Positions 1 through 11,088 of a DNA stretch of 64,000 bases are shown here, in pieces. The notes beneath the pieces are model-generated. The model did no database searches and was not told the DNA's origin. It saw only the letters and a list, made by a program, of their open reading frames with translations. Origin of the DNA: an uncultured Thermoanaerobaculia bacterium (GTDB lineage Bacteria; Acidobacteriota; Thermoanaerobaculia; Thermoanaerobaculales; Sulfomarinibacteraceae); the NCBI GenBank assembly GCA_964609835.1, contig CAZSTH010000004.1:3578-67577 (forward strand), given 5' to 3'. Every line of letters begins with the position of its first letter. The first letter of the stretch is position 1. The position numbers were made by a program, and so were the translations under genes.

Positions 1-1
1 G

Positions 2-481
2 GGCGCAGGCCGCCCATGTGGCGCAGCGAAACCGGGATGGGAACAGGAACGCGAGCCCGGTCGTCACCAGCAGCCAGCCTCCGGCGGCGAGCAGGCGAAC
101 GGAGAGGTTGTGGGGCAGAGGTCCCTGATGACCGGCGGCATCGGAGGCGAGCGACGCCAGCGAGGCGTACCCGAGCACGCGGCCGGACACCGTCGCGTCC
201 GCATCGACATCGACGCGGCCGAACACCGCAACCACATGTCCCCGAACCGATGCCCGGGGCGACACGGTCACGCTCCCGCCGACCGCGATCGCATCACCCG
301 CGATCTCGGCGCCGGGCTCGAGATAGAGATCTGCTCCGAAGACCACCGCGTCGCCCGCCACCGGCTCCGCGAGGTGGAGGTCCTCGAGGACCCCGACCTC
401 CCCGGCGGACCCGGCGGCCGACGCCGGAAGACCGAGGGCGATCGAGATCACGACGACCGCTGCTAGCGTTCGCGACGCCAC
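2..481 (-). CDS. Partial (runs off left edge) secreted/membrane protein with polymer-forming cytoskeletal (bactofilin-like) beta-helix repeats
   Basis: Not in the ORF track; read by hand from GTG at 481: MASRTLAAVVVISIALGLPASAA (signal-like), then GDAVVFGADLYLEPGAEIAGDAIAVGGSVTVSPRASVRGHVVAVFGRVDVDADATVSGRV, then a hydrophobic segment. Overlaps the anti-sigma stop. Confidence 0.7.
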   Translation of the reverse strand, partial: MASRTLAAVVVISIALGLPASAAGSAGEVGVLEDLHLAEPVAGDAVVFGADLYLEPGAEIAGDAIAVGGSVTVSPRASVRGHVVAVFGRVDVDADATVSGRVLGYASLASLASDAAGHQGPLPHNLSVRLLAAGGWLLVTTGLAFLFPSRFRCATWAACA

Positions 482-1035
482 AGCGACGCCTTCCGCCAGC
501 GCCACCCGGTCACGGCCATCCCGGCGAAGCCGCCGGCTCCCAGCACCGCCGCCGCGATCGCGACCGCCGGATCGAGAACGGCGACCATTGCCCGCGCCCC
601 GGAAGCCACCGCCAGGCTCCAGTCGGAGGCGCTGGTCAGGAAGACCATCCAACCGTCCGCGGACCACTCTGGAAGGAAGGAGATGATGCGCACACCAGGA
701 ACCCCTCCCACCAGAAGCACCCCAAGAGCGGCCATCGCGATCGACGCCGCAACCGGCACGAAGGCCACGAGCCGACGCCGCACGCGGGCAGGGCCCAAGG
801 CGGCCATCACCCGTCGCTCCACGGCCGGATCGGCCGGCGGCACCGCGGCAGCGAGCAGCAACCCGAGGGCACGCTCGTCGGCAGCCGCCTCGCGGCAGCC
901 GGCACACCTTTCGAGATGGCTCCCAACCGGTTCGTCCAGCATCTCGATCCGACCGCCGACCTCGGTCAGCATCTCCTGGATTGCATGACAGTTGCGAGCC
1001 ACGAGATCCTCCTCTGCGATGATACCAGCCGTCAC
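463..1035 (-). CDS. Zinc-binding anti-sigma factor (ZAS/zf-HC2) with C-terminal transmembrane helices
   Basis: HLERCAGC (HxxxCxxC) motif, hydrophobic C-terminal helices, GTGA overlap with the ECF sigma gene. Confidence 0.85.
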   Translation of the reverse strand: MTAGIIAEEDLVARNCHAIQEMLTEVGGRIEMLDEPVGSHLERCAGCREAAADERALGLLLAAAVPPADPAVERRVMAALGPARVRRRLVAFVPVAASIAMAALGVLLVGGVPGVRIISFLPEWSADGWMVFLTSASDWSLAVASGARAMVAVLDPAVAIAAAVLGAGGFAGMAVTGWRWRKASLWRRER

Positions 1036-1610
1036 AGATGCTCGGCCAGCGCCTCCCTTAATACGGAGTGTGCGCGAAATAGTTTGTTCTTGACGGTCCC
1101 CAACGGCATCGACTTGAACTCGGCGATCTCCTGATAGCTAAGTCCGCCGAAGTGGCGCAGCAGGATCAACTCCCGATACTCCGGACGGAGCCCGTCGATC
1201 ACCTCCCGCAGATCCGACGCCAGAGACGTGTTTTCGAGGTGGCCGAGAGGGTCCTTGGCGTCGTCCGGGGGGACCATCTCCACCTCCTCGCCGTCGGCGT
1301 CGGTGCGGTACAGCGAGACCGTCTGCAGCCTGCGGCGGCGCAGCTGGTCGATACCGAGGTTGTGGGCGATCCGAAACAGCCAGGTCGAGAACCGGTAGCG
1401 GGGGTTGAAGCGCTCCAGCGCCGACCACGCGCGCACGAATGCCTCCTGCGAAAGCTCCCGGGCCAGTTCCATGTCGCCCACGAGCTGACCGAGGAACGCG
1501 GTCAGCCGCCGCTGATACCGTCGGACCAGAAGCCCGAACGCGGCCTCGTCTCCGTCGAGCGCGAGCTCCACCAAACGCTCGTCCGACAGCTGCTCGGTCG
1601 AATCGTCCAC
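1032..1610 (-). CDS. ECF RNA polymerase sigma factor (SigW/RpoE-like)
   Basis: Region 2 (AFGLLVRRYQ, QEAFVRAW, FSTWLFRIAHN) and region 4 (GLSYQEIAE..GTVKNKLFRA). Confidence 0.95.
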   Translation of the reverse strand: MDDSTEQLSDERLVELALDGDEAAFGLLVRRYQRRLTAFLGQLVGDMELARELSQEAFVRAWSALERFNPRYRFSTWLFRIAHNLGIDQLRRRRLQTVSLYRTDADGEEVEMVPPDDAKDPLGHLENTSLASDLREVIDGLRPEYRELILLRHFGGLSYQEIAEFKSMPLGTVKNKLFRAHSVLREALAEHL

Positions 1611-1680
1611 GGGCGAAGATGATACCCCGCACCTCGACGGGTTGCGAAATACGGGCTAGACTCGCCGCGGAGGTGCGCGC

Positions 1681-3423
1681 GTGCGAAGAGCTCTCGTGGC
1701 ATGGATCTTGGTGGCGGCCACCGGACTGATCGGCAGCTCGCTGCCAGCGCAGGATGAAGGGGCGGCAACGGGCAAGATCGAGCCGATCGGCGGCCTGGCG
1801 TTCGTCGACGAAGTCGAGGTCACCATCGCCAACCTGGTGGTCTACGTCACCGACAAGAAAGGCCACGCGGTGACGGATCTGACCAGGGACGACTTCGAAG
1901 TGCTCCAGAACGGCGTTCCCAAAGAGATCACCAACTTCAAGCTCTACACCGGCGAGATCGTCCGGCAACAGTTCGTCGACCCCACGGTGGCGGCCAAGCC
2001 GAGGCCGATCGAAGTCCCGGCGGCCGGCGAGGGCGCCGGTCCGCAGCCGGTCCACCTCGTGATCTACATCGACAACCAGAACCTGAAGCCTCTGGACCGC
2101 AACCGGGTGTTGGCACAGACCCGCGAGTTCATCCAGTCCAGCCTCCATCCCCCGGCGCAGATGATGGTGGTTGCCTACCAGCGCTCCTTCGAGGTGCTGC
2201 AGCCGTTCACCTCGGACCCGGAGCAGGTGCTCTCGGCGCTGCGCAGGGTGCGCCGCTACACCGGAGGTCGCAGCGAACGCGAAAACGCCAAACGCGAGAT
2301 CATCGACCGCATCAGACAGATCGAGGACGGCCGCAACACCGGCAGCCAGGGCAGCGGAGCCCAGTGGAACGAGATCTACCGCACGATCGACGATTACGCA
2401 CGCGAGACCATCAACGACCTGCAGTTCACGCTCGACAGCCTGCGGCAGATTGTGACCAGCTTGTCAGGCCTGCCTGGCAAGAAGGGCATCATCTACATCT
2501 CCAACGGCCTGCCGATGATCCCCGGGCAGGATCTCTACTACGTGCTCAGCGACGTCAGCCGCAACTCCACCGCGTTGATCGAGATGTTCGAGCACGATCG
2601 CACCCGCCAGTTCCAACAGCTTGCGAACTCCGCCGCGTCGCAGGGCGTGACCTTCTACACCATCGACGCCGCGGGGCTGACCATGGGCAACATCAGCTCC
2701 GCGGAGTACGCCACCGCCCAGGACAGCCTGTCCGCCTCGGTGGGACGCAACAACCTCACCGACAGCCTGCGCCTGCTCGCCGACGAGACCGGTGGCATCG
2801 CCATCATCAACACCAACGACGTCGGCCCCCGCCTCGAGCTCGTCCAGCAGGACATGTACACCTATTACTCCATCGGCTACCCCCTGCAGGCCAGCGGCCA
2901 GGACAAGGTTCACAAGGTCCGGGTCAAGCTGCGTGACGACCAGGAGTTCAGGGATTACGAGCTCCGTTACAGCTCGCGCCTGGTCGAGAAATCACTGGAA
3001 ACCCGGGTTCAGGATCGGGTGGTCTCCGGACTGGTCTTCGAGATCGACGAGAATCCGATGGCGATCGATGTCGAGATCGGGATTCCCTCCGCCGCGAGCG
3101 AGAAGCGGTGGCTGGTTCCGGCACACATCAGCTTCCCCATCAGCAATATCGCACTGCTGCCCGCGGGCGACGAATACGTCGGCCAGGTCGTCCTGTTCGT
3201 GGCCGTGCGCGACGACGACGGCAAACGGTCCGATCTCGTCCGCCAGGAGCACCAGGTGCGGGTGCGGGCCGCCGACTACGCGAGCGCCCAGGCCCAGCGA
3301 TGGGCCATCTACACCCAGCTCCTGATGGAGTCCGGCCGCTACAAGGTGGCGGTCGGGATCCTCGACCCGGTGACCCGCCAGGACTCCTACTTCACCACCC
3401 GGACGGCCGTCAGCGCAGACTGA
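1681..3423 (+). CDS. Secreted VWA-domain protein (VWFA-related acidobacterial type)
   Basis: Signal peptide; VYVTDKKGHAVTDLTRDDFEVLQNG, LPGKKGIIYISNG, VTFYTID, LADETGG, YYSIGY motifs; GGAGG upstream. Confidence 0.85.
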   Translation: MRRALVAWILVAATGLIGSSLPAQDEGAATGKIEPIGGLAFVDEVEVTIANLVVYVTDKKGHAVTDLTRDDFEVLQNGVPKEITNFKLYTGEIVRQQFVDPTVAAKPRPIEVPAAGEGAGPQPVHLVIYIDNQNLKPLDRNRVLAQTREFIQSSLHPPAQMMVVAYQRSFEVLQPFTSDPEQVLSALRRVRRYTGGRSERENAKREIIDRIRQIEDGRNTGSQGSGAQWNEIYRTIDDYARETINDLQFTLDSLRQIVTSLSGLPGKKGIIYISNGLPMIPGQDLYYVLSDVSRNSTALIEMFEHDRTRQFQQLANSAASQGVTFYTIDAAGLTMGNISSAEYATAQDSLSASVGRNNLTDSLRLLADETGGIAIINTNDVGPRLELVQQDMYTYYSIGYPLQASGQDKVHKVRVKLRDDQEFRDYELRYSSRLVEKSLETRVQDRVVSGLVFEIDENPMAIDVEIGIPSAASEKRWLVPAHISFPISNIALLPAGDEYVGQVVLFVAVRDDDGKRSDLVRQEHQVRVRAADYASAQAQRWAIYTQLLMESGRYKVAVGILDPVTRQDSYFTTRTAVSAD

Positions 3424-3469
3424 CACCGCGATCGTCAACCGCGATCGCGTCCCCGACCGTGTCCGCGTC

Positions 3470-3640
3470 CGATGGCGGGCGGTGACGGTGGCCGTGGCGG
3501 TCGGCGGTGGCGGTGGCGGGCGGTGACGGTGGCCGTGGCGGGCGGCGGTGGCGGTGGCGGTCGACGGTGGCGGGCGGCAGTGGCGGTCGGCGGTTGGCGG
3601 TCGGCGGTTGGCGGTGACGGTGGTGGTGGCGGTCGACCGC
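3470..3640. repeat. G-rich GGCGGT/GGTGGC-periodic tract with a 41-bp tandem duplication and GGCGGTY heptamer repeats
   Basis: 3473-3513 and 3514-3554 differ at one base; ggcggtc/ggcggtt repeats from about 3582; lies between convergent genes. Confidence 0.85.
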
Positions 3641-3645
3641 CGCGG

Positions 3646-4656
3646 TCACTCGCCGCCGTCTGTCAGCGGCTCGAGAATGAGGCGCCCGCCGCGGGCGTCG
3701 ATGAAGACTCTGAAACGGCTGAGCAGCGCGTTCCCGAGGATGCCGTTGAGCCCGGCAATGCTGGCCGCTGCGGGTACGCGGAAGCTCTCCAGCCACGCGG
3801 ATTCGAGGCCCGGAATCGACAGGCCGTCGAGTTCGAGACGCTCGACGGGGGCGACCTCGACATCGATCGCACCCACCACGCCGATCGCGCGCTCGGTGAC
3901 GGTCATATCCGGCACCCGCAGCTGGCGCTTGGATCCCGTGATCAAGGTCAAGTACCGGCTGGAGCCGGTGTCGACAAGCAGACGGACGGGCACCGGTTTG
4001 CGGCCCGGGCGCAGCGCCACGCGCGCCCCGACGACCGGACGTCCCTCCACCATCTCGAGCGGCACCTCGGTTCCCGTGCCGCGGTAGGAGAAGTCCGCGG
4101 GATCGTGCATGACCAGGCGCCGCCGGGGCGGGTCGATTTCCAGGACGTAGCTCGCCAGCAACCCGGAGCCGATGAAACCGTGGAGATCGCGCCCCGCCAT
4201 CCGCGACAAGAGCACGCCGATATCGTGGAGCGCCAGCGGCGCCCTCAAAAACTCGAAGCCCTGACTGCTGAGCGAGGCCTCCTCGGTCAGGAAGACCTCC
4301 TTGGCGCCGGCTCCCATGCCGCGCGACAGCCCTGCCTCCCGAATCTCGAGACCGAGGGCCCAAGCGAGGAAGGGGTCGGTGAGGGAGCTCTGGCTCGCCC
4401 CGGTATCGAGGACGAAGTCCATCTGCGGCGACCCGCCGACCGTCACGGGCACCAGGATGAGACCGGCGAAGGGCTCGTAGACGATCTCCAGCACGCACTC
4501 GAGGTCCGGCCCCTGAGCGGTGGTCGAAGCCGCCCCGACGATTGCCCACGGCAGCACCGCGAGCACAACGGCGGCGCCGCGCGCGAGACCGACCGAGACC
4601 CGGCAGGCCGCCACCGGCGTGCCGCCGCATCGCCTCGTACCGGCCACGGCCCTCAC
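3646..4656 (-). CDS. Secreted aspartyl protease with two retropepsin-like domains
   Basis: FVLDTGAS and LLVDTGSS motifs, GFIG and GILG motifs, hydrophobic N-terminus. Confidence 0.85.
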   Translation of the reverse strand: MRAVAGTRRCGGTPVAACRVSVGLARGAAVVLAVLPWAIVGAASTTAQGPDLECVLEIVYEPFAGLILVPVTVGGSPQMDFVLDTGASQSSLTDPFLAWALGLEIREAGLSRGMGAGAKEVFLTEEASLSSQGFEFLRAPLALHDIGVLLSRMAGRDLHGFIGSGLLASYVLEIDPPRRRLVMHDPADFSYRGTGTEVPLEMVEGRPVVGARVALRPGRKPVPVRLLVDTGSSRYLTLITGSKRQLRVPDMTVTERAIGVVGAIDVEVAPVERLELDGLSIPGLESAWLESFRVPAAASIAGLNGILGNALLSRFRVFIDARGGRLILEPLTDGGE

Positions 4657-5152
4657 TCGAGCTCGACCAGCAGCGTGCCGCCGTCGACGGTCTCACCGCC
4701 TTCGACGTGGACCGCCGCCACTGTACCGGCCTGGTCGGCGGCGAGCTCGTTCTCCATCTTCATCGCTTCCAGCACCACCAGGCTCTGCCCCGCCACGACC
4801 TCGTCGCCCACCGCCACCTTCACCGCGACCACCTTGCCGGGGATCGGCGCCGTCACCCGGCTCGGCCCCTTCTCCCTGGCCGCCACCACCGCTTCGATGG
4901 CCTCGGTCGGCGTCAGCACCGAGATCTGGAACTCACGCTGGCCCACCGACACCCGCCAACTCCGACTGCCGTCGCGCTCGTAGACGATCTCGAACGAACG
5001 TCCCGAGTCGAGCATCCGCAGCGACGCCACCGAGCCGTCGAGCGGGACCAGCTCGACGTCGAAGCTTCGCCCGCCGAGCTGCACATCGAAGCGGTCCCCT
5101 CGCCGCTCCACCTCGACCTCGCTGGTCTGCCCGTCGCGACGAATGACCCACT

Positions 5153-5156
<4 letters not shown>
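4653..5156 (-). CDS. Biotin carboxyl carrier protein of acyl-CoA carboxylase
   Basis: APIPGKV and EAMKMENE biotinylation motif. Confidence 0.95.
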
Positions 5157-6670
<1,514 letters not shown>

Positions 6671-6704
6671 GAGTGGTCCCTCTTCCCGTCGGGATTTCGA
6701 ATTT

Positions 6705-8252
6705 TCATAGCGGAATGTTCCCGTGCTTCTTGGGCGGCATGGAGTCGCGCTTGGTCTGCAGCAGGGCGAAGGCTGCCGCCAGCTTGCGCCGCAGCAGGCG
6801 CGGCCGGATGACCTCGTCGATGTATCCCTTCTCGGCCGCCACGAACGGGTTGGCAAAGAGTTCCTGGTACTGCTGGACCCGCCGCGCCCGCTCGGCGTCG
6901 GCATCTTCGGCATCGCGAATCTGGCTGCGGTACAGGATGTTGACCGCTCCCTGAGGCCCCATCACCGCGATCTCTGCGGTCGGGAACGCGAAGTTGAGGT
7001 CGGTTCGAATGTGCTTGGACCCCATCACGCAGTAGGCGCCGCCGTAGGCCTTGCGGGTGATCACCGTCACCTTCGGCACCGTAGCTTCCGCGAGCGCGTA
7101 AAGCAATTTGGCTCCGTGACGAATGATGCCGCCCCACTCCTGCTCGGTACCCGGTAGGAACCCCGGTACATCCTCCACGATCCACAAGGGAATGTTGAAG
7201 GCGTCGCAGAACCGCACGAAGCGCGCACCCTTGACGGACGCGTTGATGTCCAGCACTCCGGCGAGGTGGGCCGGCTGATTGGCGATCACGCCCACGGTCC
7301 GTCCGCCGAGACGGATGAAGCCGACCACGAGGTTTGGCGCGTAGTGCTCGTGGACCTCCAGAAAATCACCGTCATCGGCGGCCCACATGATGATCCTCTT
7401 GATGTCGTACGGCCTGTTGGGATCGGTCGGCACGAAGTCGTCGAGCTCGGGAACCTCCCGGTCCAGCGGATCGCCGGTCTCGACGACTGGGGGCCGCTCG
7501 GAGTTGTTGGACGGCAGGAACGACAGAAGCCGGCGAACCTGAGCCAGGCACTCGGTGTCGCCCGACGATGCGAAGTGGGCCACGCCCGACACCGAGTTGT
7601 GGGTCATGGCACCGCCGAGCTTCTCCTTGGTCACCTCCTCGTGGGTCACCGTCTTGATGACATCCGGACCGGTGACGAACATGTACGACGTGTCCTCGAC
7701 CATGAACACGAAGTCGGTGATCGCAGGAGAGTAGACCGCACCGCCCGCACACGGACCCATGATCGCCGAGATCTGCGGCACGACCCCGGAAGCGAGGGTG
7801 TTCCGAAGGAAGATGTCGGCGTACCCGGCGAGCGACGCGACTCCCTCCTGGATCCTCGCCCCTCCCGAATCGTTGAGCCCCACCACGGGCGCGCCAACCC
7901 TCATCGCGAGGTCCATGATCTTGCAGATCTTGGCGGCATTGGCCCCGGACAGTGAACCTCCGAAGACGGTGAAGTCCTGCGCGAAGACGAAGACCGGCCT
8001 CCCGTTGACCCGGCCGTGGCCCGCGACCACACCGTCTCCCGAGATCTTGCGGGCCTCCATTCCGAAATCGGTGCAGCCGTGCTCGACGAGGGCGTCCGTC
8101 TCTTCGAAGCTGCCCTCGTCCAGAAACTGCTCGACGCGCTCTCGCGCGGTCAGCTTGCCCTGCTGATGCTGGCGTTCGATCTTGTCACGGCCGCCCCCCT
8201 CGCGGTTCGCGGCAAGACGCTCCTCCAATCGCTCGATCACCTCGCGGCTCAT
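6705..8252 (-). CDS. pccB: Acyl-CoA (propionyl-CoA) carboxylase carboxyltransferase beta subunit
   Basis: [49 protein letters not shown]-terminus. Confidence 0.93.
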   Translation of the reverse strand: MSREVIERLEERLAANREGGGRDKIERQHQQGKLTARERVEQFLDEGSFEETDALVEHGCTDFGMEARKISGDGVVAGHGRVNGRPVFVFAQDFTVFGGSLSGANAAKICKIMDLAMRVGAPVVGLNDSGGARIQEGVASLAGYADIFLRNTLASGVVPQISAIMGPCAGGAVYSPAITDFVFMVEDTSYMFVTGPDVIKTVTHEEVTKEKLGGAMTHNSVSGVAHFASSGDTECLAQVRRLLSFLPSNNSERPPVVETGDPLDREVPELDDFVPTDPNRPYDIKRIIMWAADDGDFLEVHEHYAPNLVVGFIRLGGRTVGVIANQPAHLAGVLDINASVKGARFVRFCDAFNIPLWIVEDVPGFLPGTEQEWGGIIRHGAKLLYALAEATVPKVTVITRKAYGGAYCVMGSKHIRTDLNFAFPTAEIAVMGPQGAVNILYRSQIRDAEDADAERARRVQQYQELFANPFVAAEKGYIDEVIRPRLLRRKLAAAFALLQTKRDSMPPKKHGNIPL

Positions 8253-8362
8253 CGGGCCCTCCTTCGATTCCAGGCATTCTACCGTGGTTCGGACACTCGG
8301 TGTTTCCGCGCGGGCGCGACCGTTCTCCGCCCGGTCGGCACTCCGGGGGCGTCATCTGCGGT

Positions 8363-8368
8363 TACCAT
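8363..8368 (+). promoter_or_regulatory. Putative -10 element (TACCAT) 6 nt before the tldD GTG
   Basis: TAnnnT hexamer with leaderless-type spacing and no SD sequence. Confidence 0.5.
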
Positions 8369-8374
8369 GGCCCG

Positions 8375-9667
8375 GTGCAGAGGCCTCGGAATCCAGACCC
8401 ACCGGTCGATCCACGATGGCTCACGGCCATGGCCGAGGGCCTCGCCGAAATCAGGGGGCCCGGCGGACGCTTTCTCGACCTCTACCTGGAACGGCGTCTC
8501 GAGCTGCGCGCCGTGAACGAGGTTGGTCGACTGCGCATCGAGGCCAGCCGGACCGAGGGCGCCGCCGCGCGCTGGCAGTCGCCGGCGCGGGTGCAGCTCC
8601 ACGCGGCCACCGGGTTGTCGCCGCGCACCATCGAGGGACTGTTGCGCGATCGGCTGGCGATCCCGGTCATCCGCCCGCTGCCTCCTGCCGAGATGGATCC
8701 TCCACGCGGCTGGAAGGAGTGGGCGTGCGAGGTGGCAGCCCGCCTGGCTCCGGCGCCGGTCACCATCCGCTATGTCGAGCGGCGGGCCGCGGTGGTTCGA
8801 CCCGGTCGATGGTCTGTGGTCGCAGCGCCCGCCCTGGTTCGGGTCGAGCTCCGTGGGCCGCGGCCAGGAGCCCTGCTCGCCGTGTGGCGGCACCCGAGCC
8901 TGGGCTCGTGGCTGACCGAGCTCGCGCGACCGAATCCGAAGAAGGCGTGGAGACCACCGTCGGGTCTCACGGCCCCAGTGGTTCTCAGCGAAGGGACGGC
9001 AGGCGTCGTACTGCACGAGCTGCTCGGCCACATGGCGGAGTCGGACCTGGTGATCGAAGGGACCAGCCCTCTGAGCGGCCTGCTCGGCGCGACCATCACG
9101 GATGGCGCCATCCAGGTCACCGACGACCCCACTCGATTCGACCTCGCCGGTGCCTTCGATCACGATGACGAAGGCAGGGTTGCCAGGCCGCTCGAGCTGA
9201 TCCGCAACGGCCGCCTGGAGGGCTTCCTGTGCGACCGGGCCGGCGCCGCCCGAATCGGCGGCGAGCCCGGTCGTGGGCGGCGGGCGGTCTGGAGCCGGCC
9301 GCCGGTGGCTCGGCTCTCGAACCTGGTCGTCACCCCCGGTACCACTCCACCGCAAAGGCTCGAGGAGGACATCGACCACGGGCTTCTGATCAGCCGGCTG
9401 GGCAGCGCCGCGGTCGACCCCTGCTCCAACCGGATGGTCCTGAGGGTGGAGCGCGGCTGGGAGATCCGCAATGGCCGCCGCCGACGGCCGCTCGAGGGCT
9501 TCGAGCTGACCGGGGGCATCCTCGAGGCCTTGGCCTCCATCGATCCGAAAGTCGGGTCCGACCCGACGCCCGACTGGCGGCTCGGCTGGTGCGTCAAGGA
9601 CGGGATGCCCATCGCCACCGGCTCGGAGGCGCCGACCCTCGTCGTTCGGCGGCTGGAGGTCCTGTAG
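8375..9667 (+). CDS. tldD: TldD family metalloprotease
   Basis: GVVLHELLGH (HExxxH), DDPT, DDEG, RLSN, C-terminal GWCVKDG; start placed at GTG 8375 (ORF open from 8300). Confidence 0.85.
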   Translation: MQRPRNPDPPVDPRWLTAMAEGLAEIRGPGGRFLDLYLERRLELRAVNEVGRLRIEASRTEGAAARWQSPARVQLHAATGLSPRTIEGLLRDRLAIPVIRPLPPAEMDPPRGWKEWACEVAARLAPAPVTIRYVERRAAVVRPGRWSVVAAPALVRVELRGPRPGALLAVWRHPSLGSWLTELARPNPKKAWRPPSGLTAPVVLSEGTAGVVLHELLGHMAESDLVIEGTSPLSGLLGATITDGAIQVTDDPTRFDLAGAFDHDDEGRVARPLELIRNGRLEGFLCDRAGAARIGGEPGRGRRAVWSRPPVARLSNLVVTPGTTPPQRLEEDIDHGLLISRLGSAAVDPCSNRMVLRVERGWEIRNGRRRRPLEGFELTGGILEALASIDPKVGSDPTPDWRLGWCVKDGMPIATGSEAPTLVVRRLEVL

Positions 9668-11019
9668 TGGAGTTCCCAAAGCCCGCACAGCGCCTCCACG
9701 AGGCGGCCGCCGCAGCCCGCAGCGAGCTCGAGAATGCCGCTCTCGAGCGCTGGGAGTTCTTCGCCAAGGCCTCCTTCACCCGCGAGATAGCCGTGATGCC
9801 GAATCGCCCGCTGGAGATCGTTCGGGTGGACGAGACCGGGGTGGCGGTGCGGAGCTGGCGAGCGGGAAAGGCCGGTTTCGCGGCCGCCTCAGGGCTCGGT
9901 CCGATGGCCTCGAGGCGCGCGGTGGAGGCCGCCATGGAAAGCGAGACGGAGACAGCCCTCGATCCGATCCCTCCGCCCCACCTGCTCGGCACGTACGAGG
10001 AGCGTCCGCCGCGCACCCTGCCGCCCACGGGCTGGGCGACCCACATCTGTGACGAACTCAACCGGGCCATCGCCGACGTCGGGGCCGGCCGACTCGCTCT
10101 GCGACGCACCCTGGTTCACGAGGGCGTCTTCGGCTGGGTGCTTGCCACTTCCGAGGGCTGGGTCACCCGCCACGAAAACGCCAGCACCTCGCTCCTGATC
10201 GAGGTCACTGTCGCAGGCGACCGGCTCGGGCTGTGGCGCGAATGGCTGCACGTACCGGATCATGACGCCATCGACGTCGATGGCGTCGCTGCACAGATCG
10301 CCAACCGCGCCATGCTGACGGCAAGCAGGATCCTGACCGACTCCGGCCTCAACGACCTGATTCTCCATCCCGAGGTGACGGCGCAGCTCCTGGCCGCGAT
10401 CTCGCCGCTGTTCATCGCCCGAGCCGGAGACGACGACCCTCTGACGGCACTGGTGGACGACGACGGTCGCCTGGCCGCGGGATCGTTGACGGTGGTCGAC
10501 GACCGCGTCGACCCCGGCGCGCCCGTTACCGGCCCGTGCGACGGCGAAGGCCTGCCGGCTCGCCGCACCCTGCTCCTCGACCACGGCGTGCCGCGCCACC
10601 GGCTCGCGTCGGTCGCCGATGCCGCACACTGCGGGGAGAGCCCGCGCGGCGGCGCCCTGCGACTCTCGTACCGCGACTACCCGGCGACAGGAGTCGCCAA
10701 CCTCCGAGTCGACGTGGATGACGGCGTCGGGGCGGGCGAGCTGCTGTCAGCGGCCGACCGCGCGCTCTACCTGCTGCGACCGGTGGCGCCGGTGGTCTGC
10801 GATCCCGGCGCGGGCAGCTACCGGATCATCGCCTCGGGAGTGTGGCTGGACGGCACCACGGTCCGCGGATGGCACCCGGTGGTGGAACTCAAAGGACACA
10901 TCGGCGGGCTCCTGCGGAGAATCGACGCGGTCGGCAACGACCCGCGCTGGTTTCAGACCGGCCGCGGCTTCGTCGGGGCACCGTCGCTCCTGATCCGGAG
11001 ACAGCCGGTGGTGGGATAA
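9667..11019 (+). CDS. TldE/PmbA family non-catalytic partner
   Basis: TAGTG overlap with tldD; DETGVAVR, LTVVDD, DGEG motifs; no HExxxH. Confidence 0.75.
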   Translation: MEFPKPAQRLHEAAAAARSELENAALERWEFFAKASFTREIAVMPNRPLEIVRVDETGVAVRSWRAGKAGFAAASGLGPMASRRAVEAAMESETETALDPIPPPHLLGTYEERPPRTLPPTGWATHICDELNRAIADVGAGRLALRRTLVHEGVFGWVLATSEGWVTRHENASTSLLIEVTVAGDRLGLWREWLHVPDHDAIDVDGVAAQIANRAMLTASRILTDSGLNDLILHPEVTAQLLAAISPLFIARAGDDDPLTALVDDDGRLAAGSLTVVDDRVDPGAPVTGPCDGEGLPARRTLLLDHGVPRHRLASVADAAHCGESPRGGALRLSYRDYPATGVANLRVDVDDGVGAGELLSAADRALYLLRPVAPVVCDPGAGSYRIIASGVWLDGTTVRGWHPVVELKGHIGGLLRRIDAVGNDPRWFQTGRGFVGAPSLLIRRQPVVG

Positions 11020-11088
11020 TTCTGCGATTTCGAGTTTCGGACTTTCGGCCGCGGCCGGCGGGGGCTGCGACCGAAATTGGAGGACGAG

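Noticed and set aside
3470-3640. Possible CRISPR array
   Set aside because: Low-complexity tandem units with no unique spacers and no cas genes
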